Shown: positions 33,448 to 52,799 of the stretch, one piece after another
Numbering within the stretch: position 1 is the first letter of the stretch
Layout: every line of letters starts with the position of its first letter
Assembly (NCBI RefSeq): GCF_009914755.1
Contig: NC_060948.1
Source: the human T2T-CHM13v2.0 reference genome, Homo sapiens
Direction: 5' to 3' (one strand)
Length of the DNA: 64,000 nucleotides
Translations under genes and position numbers: made by a program
Notes under the pieces: model-generated
What the model saw: the letters and a program-made list of their open reading frames with translations, nothing else
Databases searched by the model: none
What the model was told of the DNA's origin: nothing

Positions 33448-34983
33448 ATACGTATACATTATGTATATAATAATATACAGTATCATATATATAATATATA
33501 TAACCTATGTATAATATTGTTTTACATCCTGCATCTTATGTTATATATATTGTATAAAATATAATAATTGATAATATATAAGTTTTATAATTATACAATA
33601 TGACATATAGTATATATTATAATTTATGACATATATAATATATGTTATATATCATATATAGAATATATTATACGGTTAATATACGTATTAAATATAAATT
33701 ATACATTATATATATTATATATAATATATCTGTTATATATAATACCCATTATGCATAATATATATATTATGTCTATGTTATATATAGTATAAAACAACAT
33801 ATAATAATATATAATTGTATATATAAAATGCGACATATAATATATATTATATTTTATAACATATGTAATATATATTATATATTATATATAATACGTTGTA
33901 TGTATAATACCTATATTAAATATATATTATATGACTATGTTATTAATTACATGTCACATGTGTTATATATTATATACTTTACATAGAATATACCGGTTAC
34001 ATACAATATATACTATGTTACCTATAATGTATAATTTATTACATGTAAAATAAAGAATGCAATATATTATGTATAATTTATAATATACAATATGTGGAAT
34101 GTGATATATATAACATATAATATATGATATATGATATACAGTATATGATATATAACATACAATATATGATTCCTAATATATATGGTATACAATATATATT
34201 TTATGATATGTATTCTATATGTTTTATATTCTGTTATATATAACTATTTCAAATTATATATAACTGTATAATATTTTATGTAAATATGTAATATAATATA
34301 TATAACTATATAATATATTATATATAACTATATATTATGTTATATATACTTTTATAACATAATTTACATAAAATATCATAATATAATATATATTATATTA
34401 TTTCATATTACATAATATATATTACATATCACCCAATATAACTAACATACATAATATTATAATATAGATTATATTATGTTATATTAAATATCATATATAT
34501 CATGTATCATATATTCTATAATATATATTACACATTATATAATATGTATGTTGTCTACTATGTGATATATATAACTATATATATAATTATATTTTTATAC
34601 ATATAACTAGATAAACATGTAATTCTACATATTTTCATTTATAATATGTAGAATTATATAATCATATATAATTATTTATATTCTATAAAAAATTTTATCA
34701 TTATATAAATTATAATATATAAAAATTATAATATGTACTACAAATATATATATTATATATCATATATGATATAGTACCTTTGTTATATATCATAATACAT
34801 ATAAATTTGTATTATGTTATCTATAATTATATAATTTCATATATAAGATGTATAATATGTATCATATATTATATATGTTATGTAATATATATAGTATATA
34901 TAAGATGACACAGGATAAATATTATATACTATGACATATAAAATATATGAGGTTATATGTTACATATAAGGCATAGCACATAA

Positions 34984-35298
<315 letters not shown>

Positions 35299-35867
35299 AG
35301 ATCCGTATTTTTTAAATGAAAAAAAATTTCAAAGGTACTCTGCTTGGTACAATAATCAAATGTATAAACTGAGGAATAAAACATAACCATGAAACCTACT
35401 TATAACTGCATATGGAAAATACAGAGGATAATTTTTTAAATAACATATTTTGAAAGCCTTAACTAGTAATTTGAAGAGTTGGCATTTGAAAGGCCAGTAT
35501 GAATATACCTTCAAAGCAGCAACACAGGTTCCCCATGAGAAAAATCAAACTCAGGGAAAATAAAACCACAAAGGTTCAATCTCTTCTGACCTTTGAAAGA
35601 CACAGCACAGACAGTGGTCCTTAGGACGAAGAGCAGGAGACCCCTAATTCCGTCACCATGGCGATAGGGCATAAACATTGCTGGGTGAGGGCACAATCCA
35701 CATTGTGAGGTCCAACTGCTGCCAGGAAGACAGGAGTGCTTTTACATAGACCGAAAGGTCATTGAAGGCTCAGAGTTTTGTTTCAAGAACTGAATCCCAA
35801 GCCCACACGTTATTAGGCTGCGCTTCTTAAAACAAGTTATGAGATGGGAAAAAGGGCACCCACAAAC
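35299..35867. repeat. HSATI-type segment, unit 15
   Basis: Near-identical copy of 1422-1990. Confidence 0.8.
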
Positions 35868-37403
35868 ATACGTATACATTATGTATATAATAATATACAG
35901 TATCATATATATAATATATATAACCTATGTATAATATTGTTTTACATCCTGCATCTTATGTTATATATATTGTATAAAATATAATAATTGATAATATATA
36001 AGTTTTATAATTATACATTATGACATATAGTATATATTATAATTTATGACATATATAATATATGTTATATATCATATATAGAATATAATATACGGTTAAT
36101 ATACGTATTAAATATAAATTATACATTATATATATTATATATAATATATCTGTTATATATAATACCCATTATGCATAATATATATATTATGTCTATGTTA
36201 TATATAGTATAAAACAACATATAATAATATATAATTGTATATATAAAATGCGACATATAATATATATTATATTTTATAACATATGTAATATATATTATAT
36301 ATTATATATAACACGTTGTATGTATAATACCTATATTAAATATATATTATATGACTATGTTATTAATTACATGTCACATGTGTTATATATTATATATTTT
36401 ACATAGAATATACCGGTTACATACAATATATACTATGTTACCTGTAATGTATAATTTATTACATGTAAAATAAAGAATGCAATATATTATGTATAATTTA
36501 TAATATACCATATGTGGAATGTGATATATATAACATATAATATATGATATATGATGTACAGTATATGATATATAACATACAATATATGATTCCTAATATA
36601 TATGGTATACAATATATATTTTATGATATGTATTCTATATGTTTTATATTCTGTTATATATAACTATTTGAAATTATATATAACTGTATAATATTTTATG
36701 TAAATATGTAATATAATATATATAACTATATAATATATTATATATAACTATATATTATGTTATATATACTTTTATAACATAATTTACATAAAATATCATA
36801 ATATAATATATATTATATTATTTCATATTACATAATATATATTACATATCAACCAATATAACTAACATACATAATATTATAATATAGATTACATTATGTT
36901 ATATTAAATATCATATATATCATGTATCATATATTCTATAATATATATTACACATTATATAATATGTATGTTGTCTATTATGTGATATATATAACTATAT
37001 ATATAATTATATTTTTATACATATAACTAGATCAACATGTAATTCTACGTATTTTCATTTATAATATGTAGAATTATATAATCATATATAATTATTTATA
37101 TTCTATAAATAATTTTATCATTATATAAATTATAATATATAAAAATTATAATATGTACTACAAATATATATATTATATATCATATATGATATAGTACCTT
37201 TGTTATATTTCATAATACATATAAATGTGTATTATGTTATCTATAATTATATAATTTCATTTATAAGATGTATAATATGTATCATATATTATATATGTTA
37301 TGTAATATATATAGTATATATAAGATGACACAGGATAAATATTATATACTATGACATATAAAATATATGAGGTTATATGTTACATATAAGGCATAGCACA
37401 TAA

Positions 37404-37718
<315 letters not shown>

Positions 37719-38287
37719 AGATCCATATTTTTTAAATGAAAAAAAATTTCAAAGGTACTCTGCTTGGTACAATAATCAAATGTATAAACTGAGGAATAAA
37801 ACATAACCATGAAACCTACTTATAACTGCATATGGAAAATACAGAGGATAATTTTTTAAATAACATATTTTGAAAGCCTTAACTAGTAATTTGAAGAGTT
37901 GGCATTTGAAAGGCCAGTATGAATATACCTTCAAAGCAGCAACACAGGTTCCCCATGAGAAAAAGCAAACACAGGGAAAATAAAAACACAAAGGTTCAAT
38001 CTCTTCTGACCTTTGAAAGACACAGCACAGACAGTGGTCCTTAGGACGAAGAGCAGGAGACCCCTAATTCCGTCACCATGGCGATAGGGCATAAACATTG
38101 CTGGGTGAGGGCACAATCCACATTGTGAGGTCCAACTGCTGCCAGGAAGACAGGAGTGCTTTTACATAGACCGAAAGGTCATTGAAGGCTCAGAGTTTTG
38201 TTTCAAGAACTGAATCCCAAGCCCACACGTTATTAGGCTGCGCTTCTTAAAACAAGTTATGAGATGGGAAAAAGGGCACCCACAAAC
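37719..38287. repeat. HSATI-type segment, unit 16
   Basis: Near-identical copy of 1422-1990. Confidence 0.8.
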
Positions 38288-39821
38288 ATACGTATACATT
38301 ATGTATATAATAATATACAGTATCATATATATAATATATATAACCTATGTATAATATTGTTTTACATCCTGCATCTTAAGTTATATATATTGTATAAAAT
38401 ATAATAATTGATAATATATAAGTTTTATAATTATACAATATGACATATAGTATATATTATAATTTATGACATATATAATATATGTTATATATCATATATG
38501 GAATATATTATACGGTTAATATACGTATTAAATATAAATTATACATTATATATATTATATATAATATATCTGTTATATATAATACCCATTATGCATAATA
38601 TATATATTATGTCTATGTTATATATAGTATAAAACAACATATAATAATATATAATTGTATATATAAAATGCGACATATAATATATATTATATTTTATAAC
38701 ATATGTAATATATATTATATATTATATATAATACGTTGTATGTATAATACCTATATAAAATATATATTATATGACTATGTTATTAATTACATGTCACATG
38801 TGTTATATATTATATATTTTACATAGAATATACCGGTTACATACAAAATATACTATGTTACCTATAATGTATAATTTATTACATGTAAAATAAAGAATGC
38901 AATATATTATGTATAATTTATAATATACAATATGTGGAATGTGATATATGTAACATATAATATATGATATATGATATACAGTATATGATATATAACATAC
39001 AATATATGATTCCTAATATATATGGTATACAATATATATTTTATGATATGTATTCTATATGTTTTATATTCTGTTATATATAACTATTTGAAATTATATA
39101 TAACTGTATAATATTTTATGTAAATATGTAATGTAATATATAACTATATAATATATTATATATAACTATATATTATGTTATATATACTTTTATAACATAA
39201 TTTACATAAAATATCATAATATAATATATATTATATTATTTCATATTACATAATATATATTACATATCAACCAATATAACTAACATACATAATATTATAA
39301 TATAGATTATATTATGTTATATTAAATATCATATATATCATGTATCATATATTCTATAATATATATTACACATTATATAATATGTATGTTGTCTATTATG
39401 TGATATATATAACTATATATATAATTATATTTTTATACATATAACTAGATAAACATGTAATTCTACATATTTTCATTTATAATATGTAGAATTATATAAT
39501 CATATATAATTATTTATATTCTATAAAAAATTTTATCATTATATAAATTATAATATATAAAAATTATAATATGTACTACAAATATATATATTATATATCA
39601 TATATGATATAGTACCTTTGTTATATATCATAATACATATAAATGTGTATTATGTTATCTATAATTATATAATTTCATATATAAGATGTATAATATGTAT
39701 CATATATTATATATGTTATGTAATATATATAGTATATATAAGATGACACAGGATAAATATTATATACTATGACATATAAAATATATGAGGTTATATGTTA
39801 CATATAAGGCATAGCACATAA

Positions 39822-40136
<315 letters not shown>

Positions 40137-40705
40137 AGATCCGTATTTTTTAAATGAAAAAAAATTTCAAAGGTACTCTGCTTGGTACAATAATCAAATG
40201 TATAAACTGAGGAATAAAACATAACCATGAAACCTACGTATAACTGCATATGGAAAATACAGAGGATAATTTTTTAAATAACATATTTTGAAAGCCTTAA
40301 CTAGTAATTTGAAGAGTTGGCATTTGAAAGGCCAGTATGAATATACCTTCAAAGCAGCAACACAGGTTCCCCATGAGAAAAAGCAAACACAGGGAAAATA
40401 AAAACACAAAGGTTCAATCTCTTCTGACCTTTGAAAGACACAGCACAGACAGTGGTCCTTAGGACGAAGAGCAGGAGACCCCTAATTCCGTCACCATGGC
40501 GATAGGGCATAAACATTGCTGGGTGAGGGCACAATCCACATTGTGAGGTCCAACTGCTGCCAGGAAGACAGGAGTGCTTTTACATAGACCGAAAGGTCAT
40601 TGAAGGCTCAGAGTTTTGTTTCAAGAACTGAATCCCAAGCCCACACGTTATTAGGCTGCGCTTCTTAAAACAAGTTATGAGATGGGAAAAAGGGCACCCA
40701 CAAAC
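40137..40705. repeat. HSATI-type segment, unit 17
   Basis: Near-identical copy of 1422-1990. Confidence 0.8.
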
Positions 40706-42239
40706 ATACGTATACATTATGTATATAATAATATACAGTATCATATATATAATATATATAACCTATGTATAATATTGTTTTACATCCTGCATCTTATGTT
40801 ATATATATTGTATAAAATATAATAATTGATAATATATAAGTTTTATAATTATACAATATGACATATAGTATATATTATAATTTATGACATATATAATATA
40901 TGTTATATATCATATATAGAATATATTATACGGTTAATATACGTATTAAATATAAATTATACATTATATATATCATATATAATATATCTGTTATATATAA
41001 TACCCATTATGCATAATATATATATTATGTCTATGTTATATATAGTATAAAACAACATATAATAATATATAATTGTATATATAAAATGCGACATAGAATA
41101 TATATTATATTTTATAACATATGTAATATATATTATATATTATATATAATACGTTGTATGTATAATACCTATATTAAATATATATTATATGACTATGTTA
41201 TTAATTACATGTCACATGTGTTATATATTATATATTTTACATAGAATATACCGGTTACATACAATATATACTATGTTACCTATAATGTATAATTTATTAC
41301 ATGTAAAATAAAGAATGCAATATATTATGTATAATTTATAATATACAATATGTGGAATGTGATATATGTAACATATAATATATGATATATGATATACAGT
41401 ATATGATATATAACATACAATATATGATTCCTAATATATATGGTATACAATATATATTTTATGATATGTATTCTATATGTTTTATATTCTGTTATATATA
41501 ACTATTTGAAATTATATATAACTGTATAATATTTTATGTAAATATGTAATGTAATATATAACTATATAATATATTATATATAACTATATATTATGTTATA
41601 TATACTTTTATAACATAATTTACATAAAATATCATAATATTATATATATTATATTATTTCATATTACATAATATATATTACATATCAACCAATATAACTA
41701 ACATACATAATATTATAATATAGATTATATTATGTTACATTAAATATCATATATATCATGTATCATATATTCTATAATATATATTACACATTATATAATA
41801 TGTATGTTGTCTATTATGTGATATATATAACTATATATATAATTATATTTTTATACATATAACTAGATAAACATGTAATTCTACATATTTTCATTTATAA
41901 TATGTAGAATTATATAATCATATATAATTATTTATATTCTATAAAAAATTTTATCATTATATAAATTATAATATATAAAAATTATAATATGTACTACAAA
42001 TATATATATTATATATCATATATGATATAGTACCTTTGTTATATATCATAATACATATAAATGTGTATTATGTTATCTATAATTATATAATTTCATATAT
42101 AAGATGTATAATATGTATCATATATTATATATGTTATGTAATATATATAGTATATATAAGATGACACAGGATAAATATTATATACTATGACATATAAAAT
42201 ATATGAGGTTATATGTTACATATAAGGCATAGCACATAA

Positions 42240-42554
<315 letters not shown>

Positions 42555-43123
42555 AGATCCGTATTTTTTAAATGAAAAAAAATTTCAAAGGTACTCTGCT
42601 TGGTACAATAATCAAATGTATAAACTGAGGAATAAAACATAACCATGAAACCTACTTATAACTGCATATGGAAAATACAGAGGATAATTTTTTAAATAAC
42701 ATATTTTGAAAGCCTTAACTAGTAATTTGAAGAGTTGGCATTTGAAAGGCCAGTATGAATATACCTTCAAAGCAGCAACACAGGTTCCCCATGAGAAAAA
42801 GCAAACACAGGGAAAATAAAAACACAAAGGTTCAATCTCTTCTGACCTTTGAAAGACACAGCACAGACAGTGGTCCTTAGGACGAAGAGCAGGAGACCCC
42901 TAATTCCGTCACCATGGCGATAGGGCATAAACATTGCTGGGTGAGGGCACAATCCACATTGTGAGGTCCAACTGCTGCCAGGAAGACAGGAGTGCTTTTA
43001 CATAGACCGAAAGGTCATTGAAGGCTCAGAGTTTTGTTTCAAGAACTGAATCCCAAGCCCACACGTTATTAGGCTGCGCTTCTTAAAACAAGTTATGAGA
43101 TGGGAAAAAGGGCACCCACAAAC
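42555..43123. repeat. HSATI-type segment, unit 18
   Basis: Near-identical copy of 1422-1990. Confidence 0.8.
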
Positions 43124-44659
43124 ATACGTATACATTATGTATATAATAATATACAGTATCATATATATAATATATATAACCTATGTATAATATTGTTTTA
43201 CATCCTGCATCTTATGTTATATATATTGTATAAAATATAATAATTGATAATATATAAGTTTTATAATTATACAATATGACATATAGTATATATTATAATT
43301 TATGACATATATAATATATGTTATATGTCATATATAGAATATATTATACGGTTAATATACGTATTAAATATAAATTATACATTATATATATTATATATAA
43401 TATATCTGTTATATATAATACCCATTATGCATAATATATATATTATGTCTACGTTATATATAGTATAAAACAACATATAATAATATATAATTGTATATAT
43501 AAAATGCGACATAGAATATATATTATATTTTATAACAAATGTAATATATATTATATATTATATATAAAACGTTGTATGTATAATACCTATATTAAATATA
43601 TATTATATGACTATGTTATTAATTACATGTCACATGTGTTATATATTATATATTTTACATAGAATATACCGGTTACATACAATATACACTATGTTACCTA
43701 TAATGTATAATTTATTACATGTAAAATAAAGAATGCAATATATTATGTATAATTTATAATATACAATATGTGGAATGTGATATATATAACATATAATATA
43801 TGATATATGATATACAGTATATGATATATAACATACAATATATGATTCCTAATATATATGGTATACAATATATATTTTATGATATGTATTCTATATGTTT
43901 TATATTCTGTTATATATAACTAGTTGAAATTATATATAACTGTATAATATTTTATGTAAATATGTAATATAATATATATAACTATATAATATATTATATA
44001 TAACTATATATTATGTTATATATACTTTTATAACATAATTTACATAAAATATCATAACGTAATATATATTATATTATTTCATATTACATAATATATATTA
44101 CATATCACCCAATATAACTAACATACATAATATTATAATATAGATTATATTATGTTATATTAAATATCATATATATCATGTATCATATATTCTATAATAT
44201 ATATTACACATTATATAATATGTATGTTGTCTATTATGTGATATATATAACTATATATATAATTATATTTTTATACATATAACTAGATAAACATGTAATT
44301 CTACATTTTTTCATTTATAATATGTAGAATTATATAATCATATATAATTATTTATATTCTATAAAAAATTTTATCATTATATAAATTATAATATATAAAA
44401 ATTATAATATGTACTACAAATATATATATTATATATCATATATGATATAGTACCTTTGTTATATATCATAATACATATAAATGTGTATTATGTTATCTAT
44501 AATTATATAATTTCATATATAAGATGTATAATATGTATCATATATTATATATGTTATGTAATATATATAGTATATATAAGATGACACAGGATAAATATTA
44601 TATACTATGACATATAAAATATATGAGGTTATATGTTACATATAAGGCATAGCACATAA

Positions 44660-44974
<315 letters not shown>

Positions 44975-45543
44975 AGATCCGTATTTTTTAAATGAAAAAA
45001 AATTTCAAAGGTACTCTGCTTGGTACAATAATCAAATGTATAAACTGAGGAATAAAACATAACCATGAAACCTACTTATAACTGCATATGGAAAATACAG
45101 AGGATAATTTTTTAAATAACATATTTTGAAAGCCTTAACTAGTAATTTGAAGAGTTGGCATTTGAAAGGCCAGTATGAATATACCTTCAAAGCAGCAACA
45201 CAGGTTCCCCATGAGAAAAAGCAAACTCAGGGAAAATAAAACCACAAAGGTTCAATCTCTTCTGACCTTTGAAAGACACAGCACAGACAGTGGTCCTTAG
45301 GACGAAGAGCAGGAGACCCCTAATTCCGTCACCATGGCGATAGGGCATAAACATTGCTGGGTGAGGGCACAATCCACATTGTGAGGTCCAACTGCTGCCA
45401 GGAAGACAGGAGTGCTTTTACATAGACCGAAAGGTCATTGAAGGCTCAGAGTTTTGTTTCAAGAACTGAATCCCAAGCCCACACGTTATTAGGCTGCGCT
45501 TCTTAAAACAAGTTATGAGATGGGAAAAAGGGCACCCACAAAC
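44975..45543. repeat. HSATI-type segment, unit 19
   Basis: Near-identical copy of 1422-1990. Confidence 0.8.
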
Positions 45544-47077
45544 ATACGTATACATTATGTATATAATAATATACAGTATCATATATATAATATATATAAC
45601 CTATGTATAATATTGTTTTACATCCTGCATCTTATGTTATATATATTGTATAAAATATAATAATTGATAATATATAAGTTTTATAATTATACAATATGAC
45701 ATATAGTATATATTATAATTTATGACATATATAATATATGTTATATATCATATATAGAATATATTATACGGTTAATATACGTATTAAATATAAATTATAC
45801 ATTATATATATTATATATAATATATCTGTTATATATAATACCCATTATGCATAATATATATATTATGTCTATGTTATATATAGTATAAAACAACATATAA
45901 TAATATATAATTGTATATATAAAATGCGACATAGAATATATATTATATTTTATAACATATGTAATATATATTATATATTATATATAATACGTTGTATGTA
46001 TAATACCTATATTAAATATATATTATATGACTATGTTATTAATTACATGTCACATGTGTTATATATTATATATTTTACATAGAATATACCGGTTACATAC
46101 AATATATACTATGTTACCTATAATGTATAATTTATTACATGTAAAATAAAGAATGCAATATATTATGTATAATTTATAATATACAATATGTGGAATGTGA
46201 TATATGTAACATATAATATATGATATATGATATACAGTATATGATATATAACATACAATATATGATTCCTAATATATATGGTATACAATATATATTTTAT
46301 GATATGTATTCTATGTGTTTTATATTCTGTTATATATAACTATTTGAAATTATATATAACTGTATAATATTTTATGTAAATATGTAATGTAATATATAAC
46401 TATATAATATATTATATATAACTATATATTATGTTATATATACTTTTATAACATAATTTACATAAAATATCATAATATAATATATATTATATTATTTCAT
46501 ATTACATAATATATATTACATATCACCCAATATAACTAACATACATAATATTATAATATAGATTATATTATGTTATATTAAATATCATATATATCATGTA
46601 TCATATATTCTATAATATATATTACACATTATATAATATGTATGTTGTCTACTATGTGATATATATAACTATATATATAATTATATTTTTATACATATAA
46701 CTAGATAAACATGTAATTCTACATATTTTCATTTATAATATGTAGAATTATATAATCATATATAATTATTTATATTCTATAAAAAATTTTATCATTATAT
46801 AAATTATAATATATAAAAATTATAATATGTACTACAAATATATATATTATATATCATATATGATATAGTACCTTTGTTATATATCATAATACATATAAAT
46901 TTGTATTATGTTATCTATAATTATATAATTTCATATATAAGATGTATAATATGTATCATATATTATATATGTTATGTAATATATATAGTATATATAAGAT
47001 GACACAGGATAAATATTATATACTATGACATATAAAATATATGAGGTTATATGTTACATATAAGGCATAGCACATAA

Positions 47078-47392
<315 letters not shown>

Positions 47393-47961
47393 AGATCCGT
47401 ATTTTTTAAATGAAAAAAAATTTCAAAGGTACTCTGCTTGGTACAATAATCAAATGTATAAACTGAGGAATAAAACATAACCATGAAACCTACTTATAAC
47501 TGCATATGGAAAATACAGAGGATAATTTTTTAAATAACATATTTTGAAAGCCTTAACTAGTAATTTGAAGAGTTGGCATTTGAAAGGCCAGTATGAATAT
47601 ACCTTCAAAGCAGCAACACAGGTTCCCCATGAGAAAAATCAAACTCAGGGAAAATAAAACCACAAAGGTTCAATCTCTTCTGACCTTTGAAAGACACAGC
47701 ACAGACAGTGGTCCTTAGGACGAAGAGCAGGAGACCCCTAATTCCGTCACCATGGCGATAGGGCATAAACATTGCTGGGTGAGGGCACAATCCACATTGT
47801 GAGGTCCAACTGCTGCCAGGAAGACAGGAGTGCTTTTACATAGACCGAAAGGTCATTGAAGGCTCAGAGTTTTGTTTCAAGAACTGAATCCCAAGCCCAC
47901 ACGTTATTAGGCTGCGCTTCTTAAAACAAGTTATGAGATGGGAAAAAGGGCACCCACAAAC
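47393..47961. repeat. HSATI-type segment, unit 20
   Basis: Near-identical copy of 1422-1990. Confidence 0.8.
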
Positions 47962-49497
47962 ATACGTATACATTATGTATATAATAATATACAGTATCAT
48001 ATATATAATATATATAACCTATGTATAATATTGTTTTACATCCTGCATCTTATGTTATATATATTGTATAAAATATAATAATTGATAATATATAAGTTTT
48101 ATAATTATACATTATGACATATAGTATATATTATAATTTATGACATATATAATATATGTTATATATCATATATAGAATATAATATACGGTTAATATACGT
48201 ATTAAATATAAATTATACATTATATATATTATATATAATATATCTGTTATATATAATACCCATTATGCATAATATATATATTATGTCTATGTTATATATA
48301 GTATAAAACAACATATAATAATATATAATTGTATATATAAAATGCGACATATAATATATATTATATTTTATAACATATGTAATATATATTATATATTATA
48401 TATAACACGTTGTATGTATAATACCTATATTAAATATATATTATATGACTATGTTATTAATTACATGTCACATGTGTTATATATTATATATTTTACATAG
48501 AATATACCGGTTACATACAATATATACTATGTTACCTGTAATGTATAATTTATTACATGTAAAATAAAGAATGCAATATATTATGTATAATTTATAATAT
48601 ACCATATGTGGAATGTGATATATATAACATATAATATATGATATATGATGTACAGTATATGATATATAACATACAATATATGATTCCTAATATATATGGT
48701 ATACAATATATATTTTATGATATGTATTCTATATGTTTTATATTCTGTTATATATAACTATTTGAAATTATATATAACTGTATAATATTTTATGTAAATA
48801 TGTAATATAATATATATAACTATATAATATATTATATATAACTATATATTATGTTATATATACTTTTATAACATAATTTACATAAAATATCATAATATAA
48901 TATATATTATATTATTTCATATTACATAATATATATTACATATCAACCAATATAACTAACATACATAATATTATAATATAGATTACATTATGTTATATTA
49001 AATATCATATATATCATGTATCATATATTCTATAATATATATTACACATTATATAATATGTATGTTGTCTATTATGTGATATATATAACTATATATATAA
49101 TTATATTTTTATACATATAACTAGATCAACATGTAATTCTACGTATTTTCATTTATAATATGTAGAATTATATAATCATATATAATTATTTATATTCTAT
49201 AAATAATTTTATCATTATATAAATTATAATATATAAAAATTATAATATGTACTACAAATATATATATTATATATCATATATGATATAGTACCTTTGTTAT
49301 ATTTCATAATACATATAAATGTGTATTATGTTATCTATAATTATATAATTTCATTTATAAGATGTATAATATGTATCATATATTATATATGTTATGTAAT
49401 ATATATAGTATATATAAGATGACACAGGATAAATATTATATACTATGACATATAAAATATATGAGGTTATATGTTACATATAAGGCATAGCACATAA

Positions 49498-49812
<315 letters not shown>

Positions 49813-50381
49813 AGATCCATATTTTTTAAATGAAAAAAAATTTCAAAGGTACTCTGCTTGGTACAATAATCAAATGTATAAACTGAGGAATAAAACATAA
49901 CCATGAAACCTACTTATAACTGCATATGGAAAATACAGAGGATAATTTTTTAAATAACATATTTTGAAAGCCTTAACTAGTAATTTGAAGAGTTGGCATT
50001 TGAAAGGCCAGTATGAATATACCTTCAAAGCAGCAACACAGGTTCCCCATGAGAAAAAGCAAACACAGGGAAAATAAAAACACAAAGGTTCAATCTCTTC
50101 TGACCTTTGAAAGACACAGCACAGACAGTGGTCCTTAGGACGAAGAGCAGGAGACCCCTAATTCCGTCACCATGGCGATAGGGCATAAACATTGCTGGGT
50201 GAGGGCACAATCCACATTGTGAGGTCCAACTGCTGCCAGGAAGACAGGAGTGCTTTTACATAGACCGAAAGGTCATTGAAGGCTCAGAGTTTTGTTTCAA
50301 GAACTGAATCCCAAGCCCACACGTTATTAGGCTGCGCTTCTTAAAACAAGTTATGAGATGGGAAAAAGGGCACCCACAAAC
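49813..50381. repeat. HSATI-type segment, unit 21
   Basis: Near-identical copy of 1422-1990. Confidence 0.8.
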
Positions 50382-51915
50382 ATACGTATACATTATGTAT
50401 ATAATAATATACAGTATCATATATATAATATATATAACCTATGTATAATATTGTTTTACATCCTGCATCTTATGTTATATATATTGTATAAAATATAATA
50501 ATTGATAATATATAAGTTTTATAATTATACAATATGACATATAGTATATATTATAATTTATGACATATATAATATATGTTATATATCATATATGGAATAT
50601 ATTATACGGTTAATATACGTATTAAATATAAATTATACATTATATATATTATATATAATATATCTGTTATATATAATACCCATTATGCATAATATATATA
50701 TTATGTCTATGTTATATATAGTATAAAACAACATATAATAATATATAATTGTATATATAAAATGCGACATATAATATATATTATATTTTATAACATATGT
50801 AATATATATTATATATTATATATAATACGTTGTATGTATAATACCTATATAAAATATATATTATATGACTATGTTATTAATTACATGTCACATGTGTTAT
50901 ATATTATATATTTTACATAGAATATACCGGTTACATACAAAATATACTATGTTACCTATAATGTATAATTTATTACATGTAAAATAAAGAATGCAATATA
51001 TTATGTATAATTTATAATATACAATATGTGGAATGTGATATATGTAACATATAATATATGATATATGATATACAGTATATGATATATAACATACAATATA
51101 TGATTCCTAATATATATGGTATACAATATATATTTTATGATATGTATTCTATATGTTTTATATTCTGTTATATATAACTATTTGAAATTATATATAACTG
51201 TATAATATTTTATGTAAATATGTAATGTAATATATAACTATATAATATATTATATATAACTATATATTATGTTATATATACTTTTATAACATAATTTACA
51301 TAAAATATCATAATATAATATATATTATATTATTTCATATTACATAATATATATTACATATCAACCAATATAACTAACATACATAATATTATAATATAGA
51401 TTATATTATGTTATATTAAATATCATATATATCATGTATCATATATTCTATAATATATATTACACATTATATAATATGTATGTTGTCTATTATGTGATAT
51501 ATATAACTATATATATAATTATATTTTTATACATATAACTAGATAAACATGTAATTCTACATATTTTCATTTATAATATGTAGAATTATATAATCATATA
51601 TAATTATTTATATTCTATAAAAAATTTTATCATTATATAAATTATAATATATAAAAATTATAATATGTACTACAAATATATATATTATATATCATATATG
51701 ATATAGTACCTTTGTTATATATCATAATACATATAAATGTGTATTATGTTATCTATAATTATATAATTTCATATATAAGATGTATAATATGTATCATATA
51801 TTATATATGTTATGTAATATATATAGTATATATAAGATGACACAAGATAAATATTATATACTATGACATATAAAATATATGAGGTTATATGTTACATATA
51901 AGGCATAGCACATAA

Positions 51916-52230
<315 letters not shown>

Positions 52231-52799
52231 AGATCCGTATTTTTTAAATGAAAAAAAATTTCAAAGGTACTCTGCTTGGTACAATAATCAAATGTATAAA
52301 CTGAGGAATAAAACATAACCATGAAACCTACGTATAACTGCATATGGAAAATACAGAGGATAATTTTTTAAATAACATATTTTGAAAGCCTTAACTAGTA
52401 ATTTGAAGAGTTGGCATTTGAAAGGCCAGTATGAATATACCTTCAAAGCAGCAACACAGGTTCCCCATGAGAAAAAGCAAACACAGGGAAAATAAAAACA
52501 CAAAGGTTCAATCTCTTCTGACCTTTGAAAGACACAGCACAGACAGTGGTCCTTAGGACGAAGAGCAGGAGACCCCTAATTCCGTCACCATGGCGATAGG
52601 GCATAAACATTGCTGGGTGAGGGCACAATCCACATTGTGAGGTCCAACTGCTGCCAGGAAGACAGGAGTGCTTTTACATAGACCGAAAGGTCATTGAAGG
52701 CTCAGAGTTTTGTTTCAAGAACTGAATCCCAAGCCCACACGTTATTAGGCTGCGCTTCTTAAAACAAGTTATGAGATGGGAAAAAGGGCACCCACAAAC
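52231..52799. repeat. HSATI-type segment, unit 22
   Basis: Near-identical copy of 1422-1990. Confidence 0.8.
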
